Source: Squalus acanthias (taxonomy: Eukaryota). From it: a stretch of 64,000 nt of DNA. The notes under the pieces were generated by a model. It saw only the letters and a program-made list of their open reading frames with translations, made no database searches and had not been told where the DNA came from. The stretch lies in assembly GCA_030390025.1 (NCBI GenBank), contig JASTWF010000036.1, positions 806,001 to 870,000 of the forward strand. The letters are read 5' to 3'. The position numbers and the translations under genes were made by a program. This document shows, in pieces, positions 24,865 to 36,309 of this stretch (its first letter is position 1; the number at the start of each line of letters is the position of its first letter).

Positions 24865-25305
24865 CTTACATTTCTATCGTGCCTTTCACAACCACAGGAC
24901 GTCCCAAAGCACTTTACAGCCAATGAAATACTTTTGAAGTGTTGTCACTGTTGTGATGTAGGAAACGTAGCAGTCAATTTGTGCACAGCAAGCTCCCACA
25001 AACAGCAATGTGATAATGCAGATAATCTGTTTTAGTGATAAATATTGACCAGGACACCAGGGATAACACCCCTGCTCTTCTTTGAAATAGTGCCATGGGA
25101 TCTTTTAGATCCACCTGCGAGATCAGATGGGGCCTCAGTTTAATGTCTCACCTGAAAGAAAGCACCTCCGACAGTGCGGCGCTCCCTCAGTATTGCACTG
25201 GAGTGTCAGCCTAGATTTTTGTGCTCAAGTCTCTGGAGTAGTACTTGAACCCACAACCTTCTGCCTCAAGAAGTGAGAGTGCTACCCACTGAGCCACAGC
25301 TGACA
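24865..25305 (-). mobile_element. Deu-domain SINE, full length, with a single unamplified 33-bp unit
   Basis: Reverse complement of head (tacccactgagccacagctgac), unit (ccgacagtgcggcgctccctcagtattgcactg) and tail. Confidence 0.85.
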
Positions 25306-25477
25306 GTTGTTTGGTAATACTTACGTGCACCACCCTGTCCCCACTCAGCTTTCACTCACTGCCATGATGTGGAAAATAAATGGTTGAACTGAGTGAACTG
25401 AACTGCTGCCCAAAGAAATCCCTCATTTCTTTTCTGTGGCGACCAGCTTATTTGAAGGCCAACCATGGTTCTTTCTC

Positions 25478-26155
25478 AATACAAAAGCAAAATACTGCGG
25501 ATGCTGGAAATCTGAAATAAAAACAGAAAATGCTGGAAATACTCAGCAGGTCAGGCAGCATCTGTGGAGAGAGAAACAGAGTTAACGTTTCAGGTCGATG
25601 ACCCTTCGTCAGAACTGGAAAAAGCTGGAGATGGAACAGGTTTTTAAGCAAGTGTAGGGGCAGGGAAAGTGGGGAGGGGAGGAAAGAATAAAAGGGAAGG
25701 TCTGTGATAGGGTGGAAGGCAGGAGAGGTTAAAAGACATTAAGAGATGGTGCAAGGAAAAAGGAGATGGTAATGGGACAAGTTAAGAAACAAAAGATGGC
25801 TCGAAATGAAGTGTAAATGGCACAGAATGAAAGACAGCTGCCATGTGGGAGAGAGAGAAAAAAAAATATAATAAATAAAATAAATGGAAGAAAAAAAGAA
25901 TAGGGGCCGAGGTTATGGTCTGAAATTGTTGAACTCGATGTTGAGTCCAGAAGGCTGTAAAATGCTAATCGAAAGATGAGGTGCTGTTCCTCGAGCTTAC
26001 GTTGAGCTTCGTTGGAACAGTGTAATAGGCTGAGGACAGAGAGGTCAGAGTGGGAGTGGAGCGGAGAATTAAAGTGACAGGCGACCGGGAGCTCGGGGTC
26101 CCCCTTACGGACTGAACGGAGGTGTTCCGCAAAGCGGTCACCCAATCTGCGTTTG
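25478..26155 (-). mobile_element. Second PLE family: GIY-YIG C-terminal fragment plus terminal repeat with hammerhead
   Basis: ORF 25729-26145: LGDRFAEHLRSV...LPVACHFNS..HSHSDL...RKLEEQHLIFRL; hammerhead at 25580-25616. Confidence 0.85.
25580..25616 (-). ncRNA. Minimal type I hammerhead ribozyme (second family)
   Basis: Minus strand reads agtt-CTGACGA-a-gggtc-atc-gacct-GAAA-cg-TT-aact. Confidence 0.82.
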
Positions 26156-26317
26156 GTTCTTTCTCAACTGGCTAGTTATTTCTATGTACTCAGCAGATGG
26201 GGATGTGGATTACAACCCGATCACTGTCTGGAGCAATGTTTACTAGGTGGAATTTCTGTCGGGCATTTACACCCCCACTGTGGTTGCAACAATCACAATG
26301 AGCTCTACCAGCTAGAT

Positions 26318-26600
26318 ATAAACAGACAGTGCTGGAAATACTCAGCAGGTCAGGCAGCCTCTGTGGTGAGAGAAACAGAGTCAACGTCTCAGGTTCGGTG
26401 ACCCTTCCTCAAAACTGGAAGATGCTAGAGATGAACAGATTTGAAGCAAGTGCAGAGCCAGGGGAGTGGGGAGGATAGAACGAAAGGGAAGGCCTGTGAT
26501 AGGGTGGAGGGCAGTGATTAAATGACAAAAGGGATGATGGTGCAAGGCAAAAGGTAATGGGACAAGTATAGAAACAAAAGATGGGTTCAGAGGTGGTCTA
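26318..26600 (-). mobile_element. PLE terminal-repeat fragment (second family), degenerate hammerhead
   Basis: gctggaaatactcagcaggtcaggcagcctctgtgg...acccttcctcaaaactgg matches 25530-25620. Confidence 0.75.
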
Positions 26601-26609
26601 AGTCATAGA

Positions 26610-26828
26610 ATGGTGGCATAGTGGTTATGTTACTGGACTAGTAATCCTTGTAGGCCTGGACTAATGATCCAGAGACGTGAGTTCAGAATCCCACCACAGC
26701 AGCTGTTAATTAAATAAATCTGGAATAAAAAGCTAGCATCAGTAATGGTGACCATGAAACTACTAGATTGTCGTAAAAACCCATCTGGTTCACTAATGTC
26801 CTTTAGGGAAGGAAACCTGCCATCCTTG
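26610..26828 (+). mobile_element. tRNA-derived SINE, 5' part (same family as 12866-13297)
   Basis: ggtggcatagtggttatgttactggactagtaatcc...gagttcagaatcccaccac...aaaacccatctggttcactaatgtcc. Confidence 0.75.
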
Positions 26829-27004
26829 ATTTAGCGCTCCACTTCCTTCCCGGAGCGCAAATGACAAAGTTTTAAATCGTTAGCGCCTGGCGCTAACTTT
26901 TCAAACTTAAAAATGAGCGCCCGAAACGGGGTGATGGTGAATTTCTCCCCCAATGAGATGTTTCAGGTGTGGTGCCTGAGTACATCCTGCTTTCTCTCTG
27001 ATAT

Positions 27005-27385
27005 ATAAACAGAAAATGCTGGAAATATTCAGGTCAGCCAGCATCTGTGGAGAGAGAAACAGAGTTAACGTTTCAGGTCAGTGACCTTTTGGAAAAAGTT
27101 AGAAATGGAACAGTTTTTAAGCAAGTACAGAGACAGGGGAAAGGGGATGGGAGGAAAGAACAAAAGGGGAGGTTTGTGATCTGGTGGAAGGCAGGAGAGA
27201 TTAAATGACAAAAGGGATGATGGTGCAAAACCTGTTACATCTGTAACTTCTTCCAGTTCTGACGAAAGGTCACCGACCTGAAACGTTAACTCTGTTTCTC
27301 TCTCCACAGACGCTGCCTGACCTGCTGAGTGTTTCCAGCGTTTTCTGTTCTTATTTCAGATTTCCAGCATCCGCAGTATTTTGCA
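27005..27385. mobile_element. Inverted pair of PLE terminal repeats (minus 27005-27228, plus 27230-27385)
   Basis: cagagttaacgtttcaggtc on the left versus gacctgaaacgttaactctg on the right. Only the right arm has the tail ttcagatttccagcatccgcagtattttgc. Confidence 0.78.
27255..27291 (+). ncRNA. Minimal type I hammerhead ribozyme (second family)
   Basis: agtt-CTGACGA-a-aggtc-acc-gacct-GAAA-cg-TT-aact. Confidence 0.82.
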
Positions 27386-27544
27386 TCTACTTCTCTTTGG
27401 ATGGTTATACTTACTGGGGGAGGAGCGGTGAGGGGCCATCCAATCTAACCTCTCTGGAGAGTTTTTGGACTGATCTGGTTTGGAATGATTAAAAACAAGA
27501 AATTCAGATAAGGTTGATCAACGTCTGACAGAGAATTACAGAGA

Positions 27545-27730
27545 ATTGCATCGAGTCTACAGCACAGAAACAGGCCATTCGGCCCAACTGGTCCGTGCCG
27601 GTGTTTCTGCTCCACACTCGCCTCCTGCCACCCCTCTTCATCTCACCCTATCAGCATAACCCCCTATTCCTTTCTCCCTCATGTGTTTATCTAGCGTCTC
27701 CTGAAATGCATCTATGCTATTCGCCTCAAT
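27545..27730 (-). mobile_element. CR1-type 3' end; same subfamily at 44860-45115 (+)
   Basis: tacagcacagaaacaggccattcggcccaac is the reverse complement of gttgggccgaatggcctgtttctgtgctgta at ~45072. Confidence 0.7.
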
Positions 27731-29199
27731 CTTTTGAGTCGGAACCTCTTCAACAGAACCAGCATAGTCAGGCTGGGGAAATTCCGTGCAGAGAACTGAC
27801 AGGGACGTGCCAGAGTTTGGCCAAGGAAAAAGGGGGAGAGGAGGACAACAGGCAAGAGTTCAGATCTACTAATTACTTTCACATTGAGGCGGCAACTAGA
27901 TATAATATAGCCTCTCAACAGATTGTAAAGTGCTAGAAGGAGGATGAGTCCCATGGCCTTGTTTTTCTTGCCGTAGCCTTTTAAATACTTGTATATCTGT
28001 CCCCTGTTTGAGTTGAGTGTGCACCTGATTTTACACATCTTCCCAGCCCTCCACCTGTTGTTCTGCCCGCCTCTTTATTTCTTGACCTGATGATGGTTCA
28101 CTCCCCATACTCTAACCTGTCTTTTCCCTCTCAGATACTAAATGACCTGCTGTCCATTTTCTGTTTCTATTTCAGCCTCCCAACTTTCGTGGCTTTTGTT
28201 TTTACCGGATGACATTTGGGGCCTGTTATTCTAGAAGGCTGTCCCTACTACCTCGTAAGTAGATATTGATCTGCTGGCAGATTGTGACTTGTCATGAGGT
28301 CCTTCAGAGCTTGAAAGGGCTTCTTCGTTAACTAACTAACTTTTCCTCAAAAATCAATTGTTAATACAACCTTGAATCTGTGCTGGAGATCAGGGGATTC
28401 CAGGGCTGAACAATTAAATGAATCTGATTAATAACAAACTTATAGGTATGTATATGCAGAATAACCGCTATCTGGGAAGGGTTAGAAGGTGGTAATCTCA
28501 TCCACTAGTTCAGATGATGGCATAACCCAGTGGCACGCATTATACAGCCAGAGATCACTTATCTCCACCTCTCCTCCACCTGTGATCCTCAGCAGACCAT
28601 CTGCCCAATGTATTGCTTTGCTGTCATCCAGGGCCTGCCTGGCTGTGGGATGTGCTGGGTTTCAACGCTGTTCCCTGAAAATTAAAATCAGGGCACTCTG
28701 TGGGGGGCTATGGGGTAGACCTGGGCACCATCACTCTTTGGTGTGGCATGTTGGAAGATTCCTGGGGCTGTGGCCTTTAACAATGAGTTCGTGACTAACA
28801 CTGGCAGTAACAGCAAGGCCTCAAAGCTTTGCCAGTCACTTTGCCATACTTGCTGGGAACAGAAAGTTGTGACTTATACATCGCATTTTATCATAATTCC
28901 TATTTGTCCTCTTACTTGAAGTGCTTAACCCTTTTCGCAATAGTGTTTATTAGACAAGTATTTGAATTCATAGCAGTTGCTTCTTCATGTGGTTGCTTGC
29001 TTAATGAATAACTAATAGAACTACTGGAGTGAAACAGGCGATGAACATGTAAAGGAGATCAGAAGACTCTGAAATTAGAATTAATGCAAAATCTGCTGCA
29101 ATTTAAATGAAGCGAACAAAACCCACCTGGGGTGGGGGGGGGGGGTGTTGGTGGTGGGGGGGGCGTTGGTGGTGGTGGCGTGGGGAGACGAGGGAACAT

Positions 29200-29545
29200 C
29201 AGATATTGGATGTTCCCCTTTCACCTCTGGGATCAGAGTTCATAAAGCCTATGAAAATCTCCTGACTCTGATGGTTGGGAGGGTCCTCTGAGAGATGAGC
29301 ATGGGCTGTTAATAATGCAGTTGAACGCTACAGCATCATACTGCCCATAATTCACCGCAAATGGTCAGTCTTATTCAGATAGGCCGTAAGGATGGCTGGT
29401 TTTGAAAATGGGAATGTCAATTTGGTACAATGTGGGCAGGGAGGGGGGGTGGGGGCGCGTGATGGTGGTTCAACTGAGCTTGGGATATTAGCACATTGTT
29501 GAGGCAGAACAGAGAAAGCTTCGCCCCATGCTTTACTTGACCCGG
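29200..29545 (+). mobile_element. LF-SINE-like ancient SINE
   Basis: Recalled similarity to LF-SINE consensus blocks: cctttcacctctgggatcagagttca, tctgatggtt...gatgag, aggccgtaaggat, gcacattgttgaggc...gccccatgctttacttg. Confidence 0.55.
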
Positions 29546-29583
29546 GCGTGTTTGAGGCGGGTCCAAAATGGTACAGTGCCTCT

Positions 29584-29726
29584 CAATGTTCCCCCTCATT
29601 TTTTGGGGGGTGTGTGGTCCCTCTAACGGGCTGCGCGGCCCGTTCAAAATTTCGCGCATGCGCGGAATTTCACATTTGAAAAGCCGGTCCCAGGCCGTGC
29701 GGGACCGGCAGCCAGCGGGAACGTTG
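29584..29726. mobile_element. hAT-type MITE with 8-bp TSD gtgcctct
   Basis: TIR caatgttccc / gggaacgttg; TSD at 29576-29583 and 29727-29734; opposite-orientation relative at 42243-42405. Confidence 0.85.
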
Positions 29727-30122
29727 GTGCCTCTAGCACAGCACGCAATCGCGCTGGAGCCAGTGATTTTTCTTCAGGCACTTCCCGCTCCCCCTTGCAA
29801 TACAGCCACCCCCGCTGGAAGTGGACATTGAGCGAGGACAGGATCCGGCTCCTCAGTGATGTCCTGCACAACCTGGTAGTCTGCTGACGCTCCCGGTCAA
29901 GATTCAAACTTCAATGCTGGGCACTTGGGTGAGGTACTGGGCCGCAGCTGAGACCAAGAAATGAGTCAAATGGCTTCAGGAGAGGATGAGTGAAAAGCAA
30001 AAACAAAGAAACAAATTGCTGCGATCCCGACGAGTGAACTCCTGCCAATGTACACAAATAGTTTCTGCATTGCAATTTTGCTTCTCAGACAGTTCATCCT
30101 GCTCCACACAAGTCAGCTGTTT

Positions 30123-30310
30123 GGAGGGAACTTTAACCTCACTCGCTGGGCGGAAAACCCACGGGACCGGGAGGAACGCCCGTTTTACACCCTGTCCGAT
30201 ATTGCCCTTCATTGACTTCAATGGCGAGTAAAATCAGGCGGGTTGTAAACCCAGCGTTGCACCCAATCCCGTCAGATTCCCGACGGGCAAGTGAGGTTGA
30301 AATTGCCCCC
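30123..30310. mobile_element. Palindromic MITE (family of 23684-23868)
   Basis: Arms tttaacctcactcgct / ggcaagtgaggttgaaa; centre cattgacttcaatg. Confidence 0.7.
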
Positions 30311-30514
30311 AATGTATCTAGGTGCTCTTACATTAGAGGGGTGCAGCCAATGGCAAGACGCCAATGGTTGGCCGCACTCCTTAGCGTAACCAATATGGAA
30401 GAAAGGAACGGCATCACGGACCCGCGGAAATGTGGGCTCTTTAGAATCTGTGGTCAGATCCCCGCAAGGTAAACACGAGGAATCAGTTCCCTGATTTTGC
30501 CCTCAATAAAAATC

Positions 30515-30978
30515 TGGACTCCATCCAGCACAAAGCAGCCTGCTTGATTGGCACCCCATCCACCACCTTAAACATTCACTCCCTCCACCACCGGCGTACC
30601 GTGGCTGCAGTGTGTACCATCTACAAGATGCACTGCAGCAACTCGCCAAGGCTTCTTTGGCAGCACCTCCCAAACCCGCGACCTCTTCCACCTAGAAGGA
30701 CAAGGGCAGCAGGCGCATGGGAACACCACCACCTCCAAGTTCCCCTCCGAGTCACACACTATCCTGACTTGGAAATATATCGGCCGTTCCTTCATCGTCG
30801 CTGGGTCAAAATCCTGGAACTCCCTCCCTAACAGCGCTGTGGGAGCACCTTCACCACACGGACTGCAGCGGTTCAAGGCGGTGGCTCACCACCACCTTCT
30901 CAAGTGGCAATTAGGGATGGGCAATAAATGCTGGCCTTTCCAGCGACGTCCACATCCCATAAAATGAATTAAAAAAAA
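30515..30978 (+). mobile_element. CR1-group LINE 3' end
   Basis: LNIHSLHHRRTVAAVCTIYKMHC...; terminus gggcaataaatgctggcc...cacatcccat followed by an A-rich tail. Confidence 0.85.
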
Positions 30979-31436
30979 GCTAGATGGTGGAGACCAACAG
31001 CACTAAATAGCCTGGCACCCAATGGAAATGTTAAAAGGGACATGTGGAAGTCAGACTCTGAAGACAGAAGCAATTTTTTTCAGGCATGTGTAAAACACCT
31101 TCTGTTTTGGTCTGTCTTTGATCTAATCGGCATAGGCGCCAATCTCTCAGTTTGTTTTTCAATGCAGATCTGACGGCTACATTTGCTGTTCATTGCAGGG
31201 CTCATTTCAATGGCTAACTGCTTTCTATGATTAGATAATGTTTAGTGAAAAGGGTGTTGCATCTGTTTTGTGTTAATATCTAATAAGTGCCAGAGTTTCA
31301 GGGCACTTGCAAGTATAAATCGCTCTTATAAACCATGAGTTTTCTCATTAGTGTGCATGAGGAATACTTCCCATCAAGAAGCTGCCCATTATTTGTTGTG
31401 TGCTGTATGTTAAAGGCATTGCATTATTGCATTGGG

Positions 31437-31854
31437 AGGCTCCCAAAACAAGCACTCTACTCGGAGCTCCAACACAGCAAGAGAGCCCCAGGTGGGCAGA
31501 GAAAACGCTTCAAGGACACCCTCAAAGCCTCCTTGAAAAAGTGCAACATCCCCACCGACACCTGGGAATCCCTGGCTCAAGACCGCACAAAGTGGAGGAG
31601 AAGCATCCGGGAAGGCGCCGAACACCTCGAGTCTCTTCGCCGGGAGCAAGCGGAAGCCAAGCGCAAACAGCGGAAGGAGCGCACGTCAACCCAAGCACCC
31701 CACCCACCCGCCCCTTCAACCACCATCTGCCCCACCCTGTGACAGAGACTGTAGGACCCGCATTGGACTCATCAATCACCTGAGAACTCATTTTTAGTGT
31801 GGAAGCAAGTCATCCTCGGCTCCGAGGGACTGCCTAAGAAGTAAGAAGAAGAAG
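31437..31854 (+). mobile_element. RTE-clade LINE 3' end with (AAG)n tail
   Basis: RLPKQALYSEL...GGQRKRFKDTLKASLK...WESLAQDRTKWR...C..C(D)RDC; tail aagaagtaagaagaagaag. Confidence 0.9.
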
Positions 31855-32424
31855 TTGGGTTCCTGCAGCAGAAAACATCCTTACATAACAGTGTACAAGT
31901 GCCCATCCCTAATTGCCTTTGAGAAGGTGATGGTGGGCCTTCTTGAACTGCTGCAGTCCATGTGGCAAAGTAGGTGCATGACAACAACATTACCTCAAAG
32001 CTTCCCTCCAAGTCACACACCATCCCGACTTGGACATATATCGCCGTTCCTTCATCGTCGCTGGGTCAAAATCATTGACCACCCTTCCTAACAGCACGGT
32101 GGGAGCACCTTCACCACACGGACAAAATAATCATCCAAAAGAGCAAACTTTTTCCTGCATTGTCGTTCCTTGCACCATTATATTATATGTAATGACACAC
32201 AAATGATGATCAGTGGCTTTAACTGCTGGGCAACTAAGGAAAAGCAGATCTAACTGAAACAGGCCTCATCAGAAGATTGATCCGATAAGATTGATGGTGA
32301 ATCGGTGGTATAACTGGAGTTGTTTTTTCATTTATTCTCGGGATGTGGGCGTCGCTGGCAAGGCCGGCATTTATTGCCTATCCCTAGTTGCCCTTGAGAA
32401 GGTGGTGGTGGGCCTTTAATCGTC

Positions 32425-33162
32425 CTGTCTGAGGCTGAACCAGACTGTTCACAACCTTGGTGTCATATTTGACCCCGAGATGAGCTTCCGACCACATATC
32501 CGCGCCATCACTAAGACCGCCTACTTCCACCTCCGTAACATCGCCCGACTCTGCTGCTGCCTCAGCTCATCCGCTGCTGAAACCCTCATCCGTGCCTTTG
32601 TTACTCCTAGACTTGACTATTCCAACGCACTCCTGGCTGGCCTCCCACATTCTACCCTCCGTAAACTTGAGGTCATCCAAAACTCTGTTGCCCCCGTGTC
32701 CTAACTCGCACCAAGTCCCGTTCACCCATCACCCCCTGTGCTCGCTGACCTACATTGGCTCCCAGTCCGGCAATGCCTCAATTTCAAAATTCTCATCCTT
32801 GTTTTCAAATCCCTCCATGGCTTCGCCCCTCCCTATCTCTGTAATCTCCTTCAGCCCTACAACCCCCCGAGATATCTGCGCTCCTCTAATTCTGCCCTCG
32901 AGGATCCCTGATTATAATCGCTCAACCATTGGCGGCCGTGCCTTCTGTTGCCTGGGCCCTAAGCTCTGGAATTCCCTCCCTAAACCTCTCCGCCTCTCCA
33001 CCTATCTCTCCACCTTTAAGACGCTCCTTAAAACCTACCTCTTTGACCATGCTTTTGGTCACCTGCCCTAATTTCTCGTTATGTGGCTCAGTGTCAAATT
33101 TTGTTTTATAACGCTCCTGGAAGCGGCTTGGGGCTATATAAATACAAGTTGTTGTTGTTGTT
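32425..33162 (+). mobile_element. L2 LINE 3' fragment with (TTG)n tail
   Basis: AYFHLRNIARL...RLDYSNALLAGLP; GGRAF...PKLWNSLP...FKTLLKTYLF; tail gttgttgttgtt. Confidence 0.88.
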
Positions 33163-33644
33163 ATCCCCAGTGCCGTAGTTATGACGATTGGAGTTCATTT
33201 TTTCTGTTAACCTTTCAGCTGCGACCTTGTTTAAGTTTGGCATCAGGCAGAATAGAGCGTTTTGTGAAGACATACTCGACTGGGTCTGAGTGACCTCAAT
33301 CAGATTGGGATAAACATTGCGATATTTTCACACTTTAATTGAATTTATGCTACTATCAATACGGAGCATGTGTGGACAGTATGGTAGAATTGTGTTGCAG
33401 CAGTGCCAACACTCCTGATTCTCAAGTGTTCTGATGCAGCTGCTAAGCAGGAGTCTGGAGGAAGGGCAGAGTCAATGAAAATGGCTCCTTCGGCTCCCCT
33501 TGGGGACCACCTCGAGCCTACCATCTGGACGCTGCTTCAGGACTCACTTCGGGAATTGCAGCTGTGGGCAATGCTACTGTTGGACAGCAAGGAATTCCAC
33601 GATGGGCAACACCCAGTCTTTCACTCTGAAACTTGTATTTTTAA

Positions 33645-34248
33645 AAATTTATTCATGGGATGTGGGCATCGCTGGCAAGGCCGGCATTTATTGCCAATCC
33701 CTAGTTGCCCCTTGATTGCCCATCCCATTTATTGCCCATCCCTAGTTGCCACTCTCCACTTGCCTGGATGAGTGCAGCTCCAACAACACTCAAGAAGCTC
33801 GACACCATCCAGGACAAAGCAGCCCATCCACCACCTTAAACATTCACTCCCTCCACCACCGGCGTACCGTGGCTGCAGTGTGTACCATCTACAAGATGCA
33901 CTGCAGCAACTCGCCAAGGCTTCTTCGACAGCACCTCCCAAACCCGCGACCTCTACCACCTAGAAGGACAAGGGCAGCAGGCGCATGGGAACACCACCAC
34001 CTCCAAGTTCCCCTCTAAGTCACACACCATCCTGACTTGGAAGTATATCGGCCGTTCCTTCATCGTCGCTGGGTCAAAATCCTGGAACTCCCTCCCTAAC
34101 AGCACTGTGGGAGCACCTTCACCACACGGACTGCAGCGGTTCAAGAAGGCGGTGGCTCACCACCACCTTCTCAAGTGGCGACTAGGGATGGGCAATAAAT
34201 GCTGGCCTTGCCAGCGACGCCCACATTCCAGGAACAAATTTAAAAAAA
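33645..34248. mobile_element. CR1-group LINE 3' end (+, 33753-34248) preceded by an inverted copy of its own 3' terminus (-, 33645-33750)
   Basis: gggatgtgggcatcgctggcaaggccggcatttattgcc versus ggcaataaatgctggccttgccagcgacgcccacattcc. Confidence 0.8.
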
Positions 34249-35344
34249 GATGGTGGTGGGTTTCCTTCTTGAACCTCTGCAGTCCCTGTGTCTAGCTATC
34301 GGGGGAACATCCATCGCCATTGAAAATGAAATCGCGCTGTGTGACTTTTCACAACTGCGTGTGCACAGCTTCTCCTGCTGCCCCTGGTTCTGTAGACTAT
34401 AAATGGGGTTAGGTACCACGGCAACCAGCAGTCCCAATGCATGACAGCGCCACTCTCACATGAAATGCTTCTGCATTGCGAAGGTGACATACGAGATGCA
34501 CTGACACACTGTGACAAGAGCACAGCAGTGACACCATTGAGTCCATTCAGGCCTAATCAGCGAAATAATGGAATAATTAAATGCCAGTAGGTCTTGGCAC
34601 AGCTTACCTGCTATCTACCGGTTATAGCAATCCAAAGAATCGCAATTTGTGGGAAATGCTGTTTAGTCAATGGCTGTAGCTTGGAAATGCAATCCCTGTA
34701 TTGAAAGCTGCTGCATCTGTTATTCTGAGACATTACAAGCCAGTATTACAATGTGCTTAGCTACTGTATGAATGTCTGTGATTATTTAATCAGGATAATT
34801 TTTCCTTTAGGTCTTTTAATGTAATTATAGTGATCCAGTTACTAAAGTGGCTCCAATCAACCAGGATATTGTACAGAAATCAATGGTCAGTTGGGTTGAA
34901 TATGAGAATTAGTCCCTGCTGGCCGTATTAATTTTTTGCTTGTTTGTCACAGAATTGTACAAACAATGTAGAATGATCTAGTCCCTTTGCAGTTTGGAGT
35001 CATAAAAGAAATCTGACTGGTGTAAAATATATGTGGGCCCAGAAATTGTATCGCACAGCGCTCGTTCTTCGGGCGCAGCGTGGCACCCAAAATGGCGGGC
35101 AGGGAGCGCACGCACACTTCCGGCCAGAAGTTCGCCGCCCGTCGTATGGGTAAGGACAAACAAGTGGCGTCCTTTACCCACGCCTGAAACAGCCGTTAGG
35201 TTGTTTGCATATGCAAGTAAGGGGCCTAACGCCTTCTCGAGGCCCCCTCTCCAAGAATGGTTTTCCTTGAGGCAGCCAGCCCTACAAATCACCTGCAAAA
35301 AAGAAGGTAAGTTACTTATCTCTGAATGTAGAGCTGGGAGGAGC

Positions 35345-35645
35345 ACCTCTGAGTCAGAAGGTCGTGGGTTCAAGTCCCACTCCAGAGACTTGAGCACAAA
35401 AATCTAGGCTGACGCTCTAGTGCAGTGCTGAGGGAATGTCGGAGCTGCCGTCTTTCAGATGAGATGTTAGACTGCAGTCCCATCTGCCCTCTCAGGTGGA
35501 CGTAAAAGATCCCATGGCACTATTTCGAAGAAGAAGCAGGGAAGTTCTTCCCAATGTCCTGACCAATATTTATCCCTCAGTCAACATCACTGAAAGAAAC
35601 AGATGATCTGGTCATTATCACCTTGCTGTTTGTGGGGAGCTTGCA
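35345..35645 (+). mobile_element. Deu-domain SINE fragment
   Basis: tctgagtcagaaggtcgtgggttcaagtcccactccagagac...gccgtctttcagatgagatg...gatcccatggcactatttcgaag. Confidence 0.8.
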
Positions 35646-36133
35646 GAAATTCGTCTTACCTACCTTGTCCATTGCCGCCAGCACTGTTGTCACGGTAACC
35701 TTTCCCCGCGACTACCGCTGGGCGGCCGGGTGTCAGGCGGTAGGCCATTTTAATATGCAAATCGGTGGTGTCTTATTACATACGATAGGACCACGATTGC
35801 CAGCTTAGGAGATTGCTGGCCGCTGAGGAACCGACTGGTAAGTTTGGCCTAGAAATTTGTCCGGGGTGGTGACGCAAAACGCCTGGAGTGCACCAAAAGC
35901 AGCCTGGGCCACTGCCGTTTCGCATTGCCCCTCCCCATCCCAAGATCGGACCTCCCCTCCCCCCACCCCCATGGCCCAACCTACTTCCAGCCCGGAGACC
36001 GGTTGGGTTGCCTGATATCGCGGCAGCCCCGAGCTGGCGGGCCGTCCCAGGGGTGCGCTCATTTCCCACCCGCAGTCCGCCAGCCAAATGCCCTTCGAAA
36101 CGGACCGGGCATCCCGCCAGGCCTATCGGGTGG

Positions 36134-36309
36134 CAGGGTCAAAATCCTGGAACTCCCTCCCTAACAGCACTGTGGGAGCACCTTCACCACACAGACTGCA
36201 GCGGTTCAAGAAGGAGGCTCACCACCACCTTCTCAAGGGCAATTAGGGATGGGCAATAAATGCCGGCCTTGCCAGCGACGCCCACATCCCATAAATGAAT
36301 TTTAAAAAA
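36134..36309 (+). mobile_element. CR1-group LINE 3' terminus
   Basis: gggtcaaaatcctggaactccctccctaacagc...gcccacatcccataaatgaat. Confidence 0.8.

Noticed and set aside
35030..36130. GC-rich stretches that could be a CpG-island promoter
   Set aside because: They begin with recurring g(g)cc(c/t)agaaatt-like motifs suggestive of DNA-transposon ends and are interleaved with SINE/LINE pieces. I could not establish boundaries or identity.
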